Source: Utricularia gibba
Lineage: Eukaryota > Plantae > Magnoliophyta
NCBI GenBank assembly: GCA_002189035.1
Contig: NEEC01000015.1
Location: 992,001-1,056,000 of the forward strand
Direction of reading: 5' to 3'
Length of the DNA: 64,000 nucleotides
Under the pieces are notes generated by a model. The model searched no databases, was not told the origin of the DNA, and saw nothing but the letters and a program-made list of their open reading frames with translations. Of the stretch, positions 25,001 to 37,790 are shown in pieces; within the stretch, counting starts at the first letter, position 1; every line of letters starts with the position of its first letter. Both the position numbers and the translations under genes were made by a program.

Positions 25001-28000
25001 CATATTCTAAGTTGAAGTGGATTAGATGTGGAAAGAAGGGTTACGGACTTCAAGCTCTTGAAGACATAAGTGAAGGGCGTTTTCTCATTGAATATGTTGG
25101 GGAGGTAACTTAGACGCAATTTGGTTAACACACTATTATTGGTAATGTCAAAATGCTAATTTCTCTTGCTAAGAAATATGGATAATTTACAATGTTAAAA
25201 CCCAGGTGGTATTTTACCATTGTGGTGCCATCTTTTCTTTATTAACTCATGGGTTGAACAAATAATCTGGTTGCGTCCCACTTTTAACCATATTTGCGAC
25301 TAGTGCTTACTCCCCTTTCTCATAATCTGGGCCATCTGATCTGATTACCATAGAGCCTTCTATACAGCGAACTTGATTTTCTTACTTAGATCCTCATGCG
25401 ATTAGTTAGCATACAGACCAAACATATGCTTATTGTATACTAAATTGAGGCCTTTGCATCAAGAAACATGCTAATATTGTAGGTCCTCGATATGCATACG
25501 TATGAAGCAAGGCAAAGGGAGTATGCCATGAAGGGTCATAGGCATTTTTACTTCATGACATTGAATGGGAGCGAGGTAGGTATCATTTTGATTCCTATCA
25601 TTTCGTTTTTAGAAAGTGTGCTATTGATATAAAAGAAAAGTTTATAGTAGACAGAGCACAAAGACTGCTTTCATCTCTATATAAAATTGTGATGCCATCA
25701 ATTTTGTGTAAGTTGTGTCAATCTTTTTGGGCAGCAATATTTGGAATTTCTGGTCGGGATGCAGATTGATTTTATTGGATATATCAACATCTTAGTTTCT
25801 CATTAGGCTGAAGTGTCTTTAATCGTCCATTTATTTTTGTGTCTCCTTTCCCTGCTTGTTTTTCTGCATCCTAGAAGTCTTTTTTTCTGGAGATTTCATG
25901 CATTATGAGTTCTCTTGCTTCTGTCTGGTTACTATTTGATTTTGTTTTCAGGTGATAGATGCCTGTGCTAAAGGGAATTTGGGACGTTTTATCAACCATA
26001 GTTGTGAGCCAAACTGCCGTACAGAAAAGGCATGTGTATTGCCAGACTATTTGTACCTGTTTTTTCTTACTTTTAATCATAAAAACATGATGTTATTTTG
26101 GAAACTTGCTTTTTTCTTAAGAATCGGTTAGGAGAAATTTGGAGTTGCACTATTTAGTATTAGTAGCATTATGAATGAACTGATGTGTATATTGGGTTCA
26201 GAATGTGTTGACTCTCAGTGTTTTTCTGCACTTGACAGTGGATGGTTAATGGAGAGGTTTGTGTTGGGCTATTTGCATTAAAGGATATTAAGAAGGTAAG
26301 CATCCGTCCAATGTGCACCATCTTCTATTTTGTCTAGTTCAGTTTTAAATTTTTTTGCTTTTCTTGGTAGGGTGAAGAGGTTACCTTTGATTATAACTAT
26401 GTGAGGGTGTTTGGTGCTGCTGCAAAAAAATGCATTTGTGGTTCCGCCCACTGTCGTGGCTATATTGGTGGTGATCCAACAAACACTGAATTAGTTGTTC
26501 AGGATGATTCAGATGAGGAATACAGGGAATCTGCTGTGATCTATGAAGATAAAAACATAGGAGAGCAGGCCACAGAGAGAGCAGTCTCGGTAAAAAAATC
26601 CAGTATGAAGTCTAGGAGTTCAGCTGCAAAGAGTGTTGCTGATCCACTTTCAACTGAAAAGATTGATGATGTTACCTTTACAAAGAGTGCAGTAAGTTTA
26701 GATGAGCAAACATTGGAGCTCAAAGGCTCCAGTGGGCAGGATGTTGCTGCTAAAGCTGAGGAGCTGGATAGGAAGATTTCTGAAGATTCCACACATCGTG
26801 CTGAAATGAAGGTTAAATCTCAGGAACCTGCAAAGACTGTATGCTCATCTCCACAGCCCACTGATTTTTCGCCATCATTGTCTGTGGCACTTGACTCTAA
26901 GAGAGGATTGGGACAGTCTCCTGTCGTAGGAAGGGAAGAACCCGAAAGACTTCATGTGCTAACTAAGACTACATTGCCATCTTTGCCGTTCAGGAAGAAG
27001 TTAAAGAAGCCGAATGCTATAGAAATAAATAAGTTAAATGCACCAGTGGACAAATCAAAAAATATTCTTGAATTTTCCTTGAATGGCCATTTTGAAGCAG
27101 GTAAGAGTAACAACTATTCATTGAAGTTTTACGTTAAACCATGATCTCTGTATAATGTTATTTTTATTTCATGCAGTTGAGCAAACGCTGAATGAGTTGC
27201 TTGATCCTGAAGGGGGGATAAGCAAGAGAAAGGTGAATCCTCAAGTGTGGATGACCTGTTTTTACATTCTCATCTTTTACTATTAAAATCTGGTAAAAGC
27301 AGAGCTCAAGTTTTGACTTTTTTAATGCTGTTGAATTAAAATGCACTCTTATTATTTTTGTGTGGCTATTCTACGTCCACGTGAGATCATATGACTTATG
27401 CTTTATCATGGCTTGATAGGATGCCTCGAGAGGCTACCTGAAGCTTCTTTTCTTGACTGCCGCTTCAGAGAGTAGTGGTGATGGTGAAGCCCTTCAGAGG
27501 TACTTTCAGAAATTAATTTAAATTTGATATGATAGTGCCTAGCACATTAAAGTTGCATTAAGACATTTTTCTTAATTGTTTTAAATTTCATGCAGTAATC
27601 GGAACCTCTCAATGATCTTGGATGCGTTGCTGAAGACAAAATCTCGCTCTGTGCTTGTTGATATTATCAATAAAAATGGTAGTTTAATATCTTCAGTAGA
27701 AGATGTCCATGTTCTCCTTGTTGAAAGCCTTTTGTTTTTTTTTTTATCAATAACCTATCGTTTTAATCAACAGGTATGCAGATGTTGCACAACATAATGA
27801 AGCGATACAGGAAAGAATTTATCAAAACTCCTATTCTGCGCAAGCTTCTTAAGGTAACTACTTTCACTTTACTTTATGCTGATCAAATAAAAAGTTTTTC
27901 GTTAATTTTAGACGATTTTCTTGGAACATCATGCATTGCTTTTATTCTGGCATCTATTAGGAGAAGTCTGTATTTAGTGCATATATCTATTAAAGTATAT

Positions 28001-30245
28001 AGTTATTTTATCTCTATTTGCTGTTTTCTTATTGGTAGGTGCTGGAATACCTTGCCATGCGGGATATTCTTACTCTGGAGCACATAATTGGAGGCCCACC
28101 TTGTCCGGGAGTAGAGAGGTAGGAGACAAATATGAACCGAACCATGCTTTACGTTTTATGTTTACCCATATACCTCCCTCTGCTATTGTATTCTTCAATA
28201 CCATTACTGTGTTAACCTTTCTTTTTCTAAGGATATGATTTACTGATTCATATTTTTTTTTGTGTTTCAGCTTTAAGGATTCAGTTTTGACGCTCACCGA
28301 ACATGCTGACAAACAGGTACTATTATTCAAGAATGTTGTTTGAAAACTGTTCAGCATCTACTAGAAATTACGTAAAGGCGAAATCCGCTAAACTATATTA
28401 CACGCTCATTTAAAGATAGTGCATTCTCCCCAATTATTTTTCACAATGTTTTATCAGTTCCAACGCTGTCTTTACAATGCCCATTAATTTTTATTTTAAG
28501 CAATGCCTTTTGGAATCCTGTTGAAATTTCCCGTTATCTTGGGAAGTGATGATCCAGTGCCCTGCTTATTTCAAATTTGAGATTAAATTTTCTCTCCTCT
28601 GGTTCATGGATGGACACATACCGTCATGAACGGCCCCTAGCGGTTGTGCATTCCAACACATGCAACAAAGGGTAGAAGAAGAAAGTTAAATGATTTTCTC
28701 TTAAAATGGAAGATAGAAAGATGGACTCCCTGCTTACATTGTTGACTTGTAATATCCACCCTTCTACTGCTTGCAGGTACATCAAATAGCGCGGAGCTTT
28801 CGAGATAGGTGGATACCAAAACATCTACGTAGAAGGTGCCACATTAACAGGGATGAAGGGAGGATCCAGAACTCAATCCGCAGTGTAGCATTTGGGTCAT
28901 CTTCTTTAAATGATAAAAGTGGGAAATCTTCTGGAAGTGATTTGCAGCCCACTGCTTCTGGAGCAGCTGGGTCAGCCATCCCGGCAGACATGTCTTCTTT
29001 GGTTAGAAATTGTGCTACTGATGGAACAAGAATACGGAAGCGCAAAAGTCGATGGGATTGCCCAGCAGAGGATTTCCCAAGTCAAGAATAAGGACCAGTT
29101 TTGCAGGGGAAGATATGAATAATGTCAACGATATCCCTCCAGGGTTTTCGTCTTGTCACGAGACTATATTTATCTCAGCTGCAGTTCCAGTTGCTGCTAG
29201 CAGCCAAGGAGAAGAGGCAGCAATGGACGTTATACCACCTGGTTTTTCATCTCCTTGCAATCCACCCACGATGGTCAATGAGACGAGTATGCTCATAAAA
29301 AATGCTCTAGATTCAAGGATTCTGAAAAACCTCTCTAGCGATGCAAAATTGAACACTGAGGAAGATTTGCCTCCGGGTTTTTCATCTCTCTGTAGGACTC
29401 CCGTGGGAGGATATAACCTGTCTTCAGCTTCTGTTGGTCTCCCAGATAGAGAGGAATGCAGTAGTGACTCTCTACAGCTGATAACTAGTGACAGCCTCGC
29501 TTGTGAAGAATGGAGAAAATCGTATGATGTATTTTCCCCTGGTTTTTCTTCTGCTGGCCGTCATCTAGTTCCACCAGGAACTCCTGCTCCTGATACCAAT
29601 CACCAGCAATGTGATCCGAACATACAGCAGCATCCAAATTCAGGAGCAACTACAGAGAGGCTGAGCATAGATGATGATGATGATGCCCCTCCAGGATTTT
29701 CCTCTCCTTGCAAAGGCCCCTCCACACCTACCCCAGTTTCCTCTCAGAATCTTCAAGAGAAAGAGATGCACATTGAGCAGGACATGTGTAATTCTGTGTG
29801 TGGTGAGGCACAAATGAAGTTTAATGCCGATCTACCCCTATCCTATGGGGTTCCCTACTCTGCTATCCAGTTATTCGGAGTGAGAAAAGATGAGAATTGG
29901 ATTACGGCTCCGGGTCTGCCATTCCATCCATATCCTCCACTGACTCCATCGGCTTGTAGCTCCGGGGACCAAGCAGATTTGGAAGATGCCCGAAACTCAG
30001 GACAGTGTACTACTACTACTATCACTTATCGTAATGGTGAGAACTGTAATGGTGCATGCAGCATGGACCCGCCAAAAAAGTACGTCTGTGTTGAAAGCAA
30101 TCGCCAAGACATTCATCAGGGTTACTCTAACAAGTTGGGGAGGAAATTCTTTAGGCAGCAGAAAGGGAACCAGCCGAAGCTACCACCGTGGGTTCGGATT
30201 CGAAACGGATGGAGTAATGCTGCTGCAAGAAATGGCTTTCAGTAA
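22068..30245 (+). CDS. ASHH2: Histone-lysine N-methyltransferase ASHH2/SDG8/EFS-like (CW, AWS, SET, post-SET); one apparent frameshift in the last exon
   Basis: Exons 22068-23715, 23822-23939, 24326-24480, 24561-24640, 24777-24908, 24988-25104, 25483-25575, 25952-26029, 26239-26295, 26371-27100, 27177-27232, 27420-27499, 27596-27678, 27774-27853, 28039-28118, 28271-28316, 28777-30245. CW: [14 protein letters not shown]; SET: [21 protein letters not shown]; post-SET: [14 protein letters not shown]. True start may be upstream (5' region from ~21250). Confidence 0.92.
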
Positions 30246-30943
30246 GGTTTAGGAAAGGGTACAGAAAATTCATTTAGCTGGGAGGATTCGTTTCCATTTT
30301 TTTCCATCTAACAGGATACAGCAATGTGCTTATGCCATGCCACAAGGCGCTACAAGTTCCTGTAAAGTATGCTTTATTTTAACTGATTAATTCCTGATCT
30401 ACAAGGAGCTCATTCGGTTCCAGTTGAAGCATCCTCGAAATTTGGGAGGACAGAAGAGAATGTATGTAATCCAGGTTCCTCATTAACCTTCTTGCAAATA
30501 GGTCTTTTCTGCGGTACTCATGCAACATGTAGTGTTGATCGCGACTCCAGATTCAGTCTGGCCGGTCGACTAGGAATTGGTAGCTTGTGAATTTAATAAA
30601 TTGAATCCGAGGCCTACAGTACGGGCTTTAGGGCCTAGCCCGTGCCAATGGGTGGGTATCTACTTATGCTAGGCCCAGCTTATGTGGGCCAATGCTATAA
30701 TCAGGTCGGCGTTCGTATGTATATATATATATATATTCTTGAATTTTAAATGAAACTGCATATTTTAATTTGGGCTTCAAGTATATTTTTATAATGGGCT
30801 GTGCCCATGTCTACTTTTAGGAGATGTCCACCAAAATGGGCTAATGTGTAGAATTTCTGGCCCAGCCCAAGGTTTAGTTCTTGAACGGCAGGTTTCTCTT
30901 ACCCATACTTCGGCAACTACCCACGGCGAAGAGACGCCGGGAA

Positions 30944-32370
30944 ATGGCCGTGTCCACAGGGTTTTCTTCGGTTCCGCGCAAGTTAACGGAATGGGCTTTG
31001 TCGTTTTCCTGGAACAGGAAACGAGGATGCAGTTGCCTTGAGACGGCGAGTTTTATCAGAATCCGGCAGAAGCCACGACCATTGGCACTCGGTGTTTTGG
31101 CTCCCGGATCCTCATTACACTTTCGGCGGAGGCCGTTAATTAGCTTCTCAAAGAAGAATAAGTTTCCCGTGGAGCCTTCAAGTTTCGATGATGTTTCTTT
31201 GGGAGATGATGAGGGATTGGAAGATGATGACGTTCTTGTGGAGGACTTTGATGATGGTGATGCTTTTTGTTAGAAATTATCCGGTTTTGATCTTGTGACT
31301 TATGCTTCTGTTTATCAATTCCTTGAATTTGTTTGCCGGATGAATTTTACTTAACTGCATATATGAGAATATCTCACACTCATAGTTCCGTATATGTAAA
31401 TTTATGTAACATAGAAGTAAATTATCCATTGATTGTGCAGATGAACTCATAGATGATGATGGGGATGCATATGTTGAAGAAGAGTCTTTTGAAGAAGAGG
31501 ATGTGCCTTTTGTAGGTTTTGCTATTTAGAACAGGCTACTATGAAGTTAGCTCCATCCCGGCAACGGCAATCTATGAGGCTCATGTACTGTTTATGTTCT
31601 TATGATGTCTCTTGTAAGGCAGGAGATGGTGGTGGAGGCGGGGGAGTATCTCTTGCAGGTACAGTATGGGATCAGAAGGCATTGGAAATTGCTGAAGAAG
31701 TTGCTAACTCATTCAATGGGGAGCTAGGTATCTATGCCTTTAGGACACTGTTAAATGAATCTATTCAAGTTCGTATAGAGAGACTAACGAATACGTAAGA
31801 CTGTCCATACATCAGCTATTGTTGATTGATGTTGATCTGCTGTTATTTGAAGGCTGCTTTGTTCTGCCCTAATATTCCCAGGTCTGGCTCTCCCAGTATG
31901 ATAGATATCGAATCCTTTTCAACAATATACAGGAACCGGCTGGAGGAAGCCGAGGCTTCAGGAGCTATTCCTAACTTATCTTTGGAGGTGAATGTTGATG
32001 TTTTCCTATATATCGTACTCCTAACTCCATTAAAACATGTTTAGATTCTTCACAGGTTTCTTCCCCTGGTGTTGAAAGAGTCCTTCGACTTCCTGATGAT
32101 CTTAAACGGTTCAAAGACCGGAACTTGTATGTAAAGTACATAAGTGGAGTCCAAGACGGTGACTCTGGTTCATCTTCTGAACAGGATGGGGTGTTCAGAT
32201 TAATAAGTTACGACCCAGAAGCTGGTTCCTGCACCTGGGGACTTGCAGATGTGAGGGCAAATAGGGAAAAATCAGGGAAAGGAAGACCACTCACCAAAAA
32301 GATGAAAGAGTGGCGCTTGGTCACTCCCTTAGACTCACTTTCTTTGGTTCGTTTCTATTCTGAAATCTGA
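30944..32370 (+). CDS. Plastid ribosome maturation factor RimP-like (UPF0090) protein
   Basis: Exons 30944-31256, 31441-31515, 31623-31794, 31882-31987, 32056-32370: GGGVSLAGTVWD..IYAFRTL..IQVRIERLT..SLEVSSPGVERVLRLPDDL. Transit-peptide-like N-terminus followed by an acidic tract. Confidence 0.85.
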
Positions 32371-33686
32371 AGAAATTTTCATGCTTCGCCCACACCCTTG
32401 TCCAAGTCTTAAACTTTCATACTGATGAGGACTGGGGCGGTCAGGCCACCCGTTGCGGGATCCTATTGTGTCGGTGTGCAAAAGTTGGTGGAACGAAGGT
32501 GTTGATCGCAGAAAGCACCAGTGTTTTGTATTCTAAATCTTAATAAAGATTAATTTTTTATTATGATCGTGTCTTCAAAGAAAAAGGTTAAAGAAACAAT
32601 TCAGTTATCCTGCAGGCCACAAAGATCAGCAATGGAGTTACTACCTCCATGGCATACCAGTGAAGTTACTACTGTAGCCTATCAGCAGCAGTTCAGAGCG
32701 CTCTCCATGCTAACAGAGCCAACCTGCCTTACCGGCTGGCCTATGTGCAGCAGGTAACTGGTAAGTTGTCATTTTTATCGTCCCCTCATTCAATCAGACT
32801 CACTAGCTTTTCCTCTTCGTCATCGATTCTACACAGAGAGCTACAATACAACGACGCTGAAGGAGAGACAGGATCATACAAAATGGCATCTGACTGATGG
32901 TCTACAGGTGCTTAAATTTGCAATTTTCAAAGCAAAGATCAAAAGATCAACTACTTACACTCTCCCAATTTCAGCCGTTCCAGGATCCGGTGGTACCATT
33001 GATAGGGTCTCGAACCCTATTCCGCTGGCTTGCTCGAGAAATGAATCTTCCGATTACTGTCCTCGTGAATTCGATACATTATGAGAGGAATCATCCATCA
33101 CCTTGCTTCAATTGCCCAATTTTTTTCCGGCTGTGCAGACACAGAACGGGAATATTCTGACGTTTGCCACCGTGAGAGGCGCGTCGGATATGACTCCGTT
33201 AACGCAGCCGTCGAGAGCTCTGCATCTCTTTAGCCACATGGTCAATGGCCGAAGACGGCGTAAAATCTAAATCCATCCATTTACCTTTATTTTTATACAC
33301 TGCTTTATTATTAATATAATCTAATTACTAATATATTTAAATTATTTGTATATGGTAAAACATATTTAAAATGTTATTATGTCTCATAAATATACTAAAT
33401 AATTAAAACTCGTAAAAAAACTTATATTATAGAACAGTTTTGAAACATATAATTAAATAAATTATGCAGACATTTTATAAATTACGCATATTCTAAAAAA
33501 TTTACCAAAAATAAATATAAATATTAATTTATTTTAATGAATTTAGATATAAAAAGCTAACTACTATTGCCTTCGCCACACTGGAGTTTTGGCTAGAAGC
33601 AGGAATCAACTGCTTCCCGTTCATTTCACATAGCACAACACTCATGAATGAAAGTGGTGACAGACTTCTGAATCCAGTGCATAACT

Positions 33687-35175
33687 CTAAAACGAATAAT
33701 CCTTCAAATCGACATTCGAGTCGATGATATCCAAGTCGGCCAAGCATTCTTCAGCACTTAGGGGGGAAGCTGTCTGGTTTTCCGCCTCAAGTTATGCTTA
33801 TGCCACTCACTCTTGCAGTGCTCTCTATACTCTTTAGCATCACCTATCAGAGCATCGCATGTGTTGCACTTCTGCTTCTTCTTCCCCCTTGAGAACTTTC
33901 TGCTTCCTCCGAGATAACCTGCTTCTCAAGCTTTTCACTCAGTTGGGAAACTGAGGGAGTGATAGTTTTCTGAGGAAGAGATGGTTCGTAGTCCAAATCG
34001 TCGTAGTTGTCGACTATGGTATCGCTATCCACATGGACATTTACTGCAAGGATTTCTAGTCTTCCTTGCAGGGTTCTCATTAGGCCATCACATTCCCGGA
34101 AGAGACCAGGTTCTAGCTCACAAATCTGGAAGCATTAGAGAAATGTATCAAAGTTTCGTTCAAGACAACCATGTCTCAGAGTGAAGGAATAAGATTAAAA
34201 CTCACAATGGATAGCTGATTTCCGGTTTCATCTTTTGAGTCAATGGTGGAACCCCAAGCATCAAGCTTCTCCAACAGAGATGATGAGTTTTGTGAAGGTA
34301 CAAATAATCGAAGTCTCATAGGACACCTTTTGATCGGAAACCGCTTTTGCAAGACACGAATAACCTCCAAAGCCTTACAGAGAGCGATAACTGGATCAGC
34401 AACATGTATAACAACAGAGAAGAAGCTAACCTGATAACTACAGCAACAAAAAAAAAAAAAAAAAAACACCTGCTTCTTTGAGCTGCTATTCGGATCGACA
34501 GCGAAATGGATGTCATGCATTAGTCGCTCAATCATGCTAATCGTATAAGGCCTTTGTGTTTCAGGATTGATGGTTTTCTGCATTACTATAGTTGCAATGT
34601 CCCTAAACTGACTGGATAACTGAGACTCCCTTTCCTTTCCCGCAACTTGCAATTCACCTTTATCCAAAATCTAATAGCAGCATCAAGTAAAATTATGCAA
34701 TTTAACAGGCGCCCTTCCACAAGAATGTTGAATTGGAACTAAAAGAAGGATGAACAAACCTCCAGGCATATTTTCGTTTGATCATCCGTCCCAAAAGCTG
34801 CAACTAAATCCTTGGATTTAGCAAGGACACCTTTGGAAACATTGGAATAAACAGTCTGAGACTGCAAAACTTCGTCCAAATCTTTCTCTCTGCGATCACA
34901 ACATAAGGAACTCAGAAACACACAGTAAGAAGTTCCCGAAAACTTCAATTTCTACATCATTTTCCTCCATTATATGAGAGAAAAATCAAAATTAGCATGC
35001 GAAACATAAAAAAAAAAAAAAATCTTCATCTAAATACATACACCCCAGACCGCCAAGACAGGACTTTATTCTTATAACAAGCAATTTCAAAGCGATTTCC
35101 GTGCTTCTTCAAACGCACAACTGCCACGTTAGTCAGTCGCTTCTGCCCTATCGGCTGAACCAGCGACCTCGACAT
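33687..35175 (-). CDS. SBDS: Ribosome maturation protein SBDS/Sdo1 with C-terminal C2H2 zinc finger; two apparent frameshifts in the last exon
   Basis: Exons 35175-35042, 34889-34760, 34670-34470, 34373-34206, 34125-33687. [38 protein letters not shown] is diagnostic. The tail [38 protein letters not shown] is recovered only after two -1 corrections. Confidence 0.93.
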
Positions 35176-35500
35176 CGTCCCGTTCTCCAATCGGCGGTGG
35201 TTCCCGGAAGAATTTGACTGCAAATTAAAATTGCTCCGGATTTATATCATAATATGGGCTATACGTATGGGCTTCTCCAAGGCCCAAATCATATCCATCT
35301 TCCCCAAGGCCCATATCCATTATAGCACGTTGAACTTATGGCAAGTAGGCAAATTGAAATGAAGTTCAGAAATCAGAGGACAAACAGACGCGTAACGTTG
35401 GATAAGACGAAGAATTGTGTACGGTAGAAAAGTCAATGCGCCATGGTGTGCATAAAAGCTTACCTTGACCGCTCAATTCATCTCTAAATCGTGAGCGATC
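35176..35500. promoter_or_regulatory. Head-to-head promoter between SBDS and the uncharacterised gene, four site II motifs
   Basis: TGGGCT 35255-35260 and 35268-35273; GGCCCA 35281-35286 and 35308-35313. Confidence 0.6.
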
Positions 35501-36436
35501 ATGTCCGTTTTCAAGTTTATCCTCACGTTGCCAAGTCCCCACTTCCAGCCATCCCGTCGGCACGACCGGATTCCGATCAAGGAGTCGTCGCTTTTTGCGT
35601 TAAGTCGCGCTTCTCCATTCAGGGGTGTGGATCAAGGGCTGCCCTTGTGGATTCCCTCAAGGACTTCAAGGTACTTGCAAATGATCCGAAAGTTAGAAAC
35701 TCGGGAGATTAATATGATGTCTTCGCTTTTCAGGGTGGCTCATTGGCGCTGCCGTGCTATCCCCGGAACTCCACCTCCGTCGCTGCCGTTCGATTTAACG
35801 TGGGTTTTCATTGGATTCATTGTTTTGTTGTTTTCTCTTTGTGGATTAGTTGAATGTTGACGAATCTCCCGGTCCCGGTGCAGGAAATGGGTAGGGGGGA
35901 TCGCTATTACCATGTTGCTGCATATCTTAGGTGGTAAATGGAGATCACTTGGCCAACTCAAGAGTAAGCAATACAGATCTTTTCCCCTTACTTCTAATAC
36001 ATTTTCCAGCCTACTAACTGTATGTATCCCTGAGCAGCCGAAATCGAGACGGCGGTGGAGACGGTGGAGGTAATAGTCGAGACGGTGGAGAAAGTTGCGG
36101 AAGGAGTGGAGAAGGTGGCGGAGGATATCGCCGAGGAGCTCCCGGAGGGATCCAAGCTAAGGGAAACCATCGATTTGGTGGAGCATGTAGCTGAAATTGC
36201 AGCTAAAGATGCCCATCTCGTAGACGACTTCATAGATAAGGTCTGTAACTTCAACAACGGCGCGAGGGCCTTAGTCTCTTCAATCCCCACTCACGTCTAT
36301 GGAAAATGTGCAGGTTCAGGAGGCGGAGGCCAAAGTTGAAGCCTTTGTTGAATCCGCGATCACCGCCGAAGAGTCTCCAGAGCCGCCGCCGTCAGTAACG
36401 ACCAACGACAATAACCGCCAGGAGATTTGCCCATGA
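35501..36436 (+). CDS. Uncharacterised plant-specific protein (acidic helical repeat VETVEKVAEGVEKVAEDIAEELP)
   Basis: Exons 35501-35670, 35734-35799, 35884-35963, 36038-36240, 36314-36436 join in phase with GT-AG ends. KW-V-G..KW..L-K followed by EKVA..LP...L motifs resembles a conserved family of unknown function. The first two exons are least certain. Confidence 0.7.
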
Positions 36437-37790
36437 AGCAAAGAATAATATAATTAAAAATATTGTATATTTATTGATTGTTTTGTTTTTATGTGACTCA
36501 AAATCAATTTTAATACAATTCATGGTTACTATGGATGTAAACTTTGTGTTTTATTTAAATTCATGTATTAAAAGCAAATGAGAAACATAAACCACTTTAA
36601 ATTAGATCTAAACAATAACGTATACTAATTCAAAATCGATCTCAAAAAATTGGTACTTATAGTGAGTAAACAATATGCATAGAATTTATATTTGGTTTAT
36701 TCACAAATTAAAATCAGTATTTTAAAATCGAATCCATCTCATTTTTTAATTTATTCATAGTTTTAAATTGAACTTTTTTCAAAAAAAAATGGGTTTAATC
36801 CAATTCAATCTATTATAAAATATTAAGTAAAATAAAATAATTATTTAAATTTATTTTTTTTATTTTTATAAAAAAAATTATTGAATCAAATCTAAACAAT
36901 TATGAATTCAAATTGAATCGAATCTAACCTCGAATTCAATCCCATATTTAAAACAATTTAGAACTAACAATAAACCGTTCAAATCAAAATGCATATGAAC
37001 GAAAGAAATAAACATCAATTTGATAAAATAAAGAAACTGACGCCTTAAAAATTCCAAAATAAGATTCAAACCAAGTCATGATGTTTTCAAAAGGGACCAG
37101 TCAAATGGTTGACCAAGAATATTCTTTACTGTTACACGTCATTTTATATTTTTCGGAAAAGTAGGAATTATTATAAAATTGAAAATTCCTAAAACAAAGT
37201 CCATGAACACTGAAATCATGGACAAGGCGGGTCTGGGTCCAAGTAGCCGGCCCGAGAAATCAGGGGTATGAACATAAATTACTTCTATTTTTGAAAATTA
37301 TTTATTACATTTTTCGTATTTTCCACGTGCGGCAAGCATGTTGAATAAGGTGGCAGTACAATTTTACAAGTTCCTCCAATCCATATCCTACACGTCACCA
37401 CTTGTGTCTTGGTTTATTCTTCAAAATTACCCATTATATAGTATCAATATTCTTCATTACATTATATGTATTTAATGAAAAATTAAATTAAAAAATAATT
37501 TTCTCAAAATAATTTGAGCACGAGACCAAGTAAAAGTCCACCCCAAATGGATAAACACTCCCCTGAATCATTATCACCTTCGGTATTTTACACGTCTATG
37601 ACTCTGAAGAAAATAATTTTTTAATATGCTGTACGTAGATTAATACATGGAAGTGGTCCTCAATATATTCTCAATTGATTATTGTAATAATTTCTTTTGT
37701 CTGAAAGTTGAATGCTAGTGGTGTGAAAATTCAAACATGGACGCCTATAAATTGTAGCCTTGGCAACTCTGGCAAGGCATAGCAGAAACA

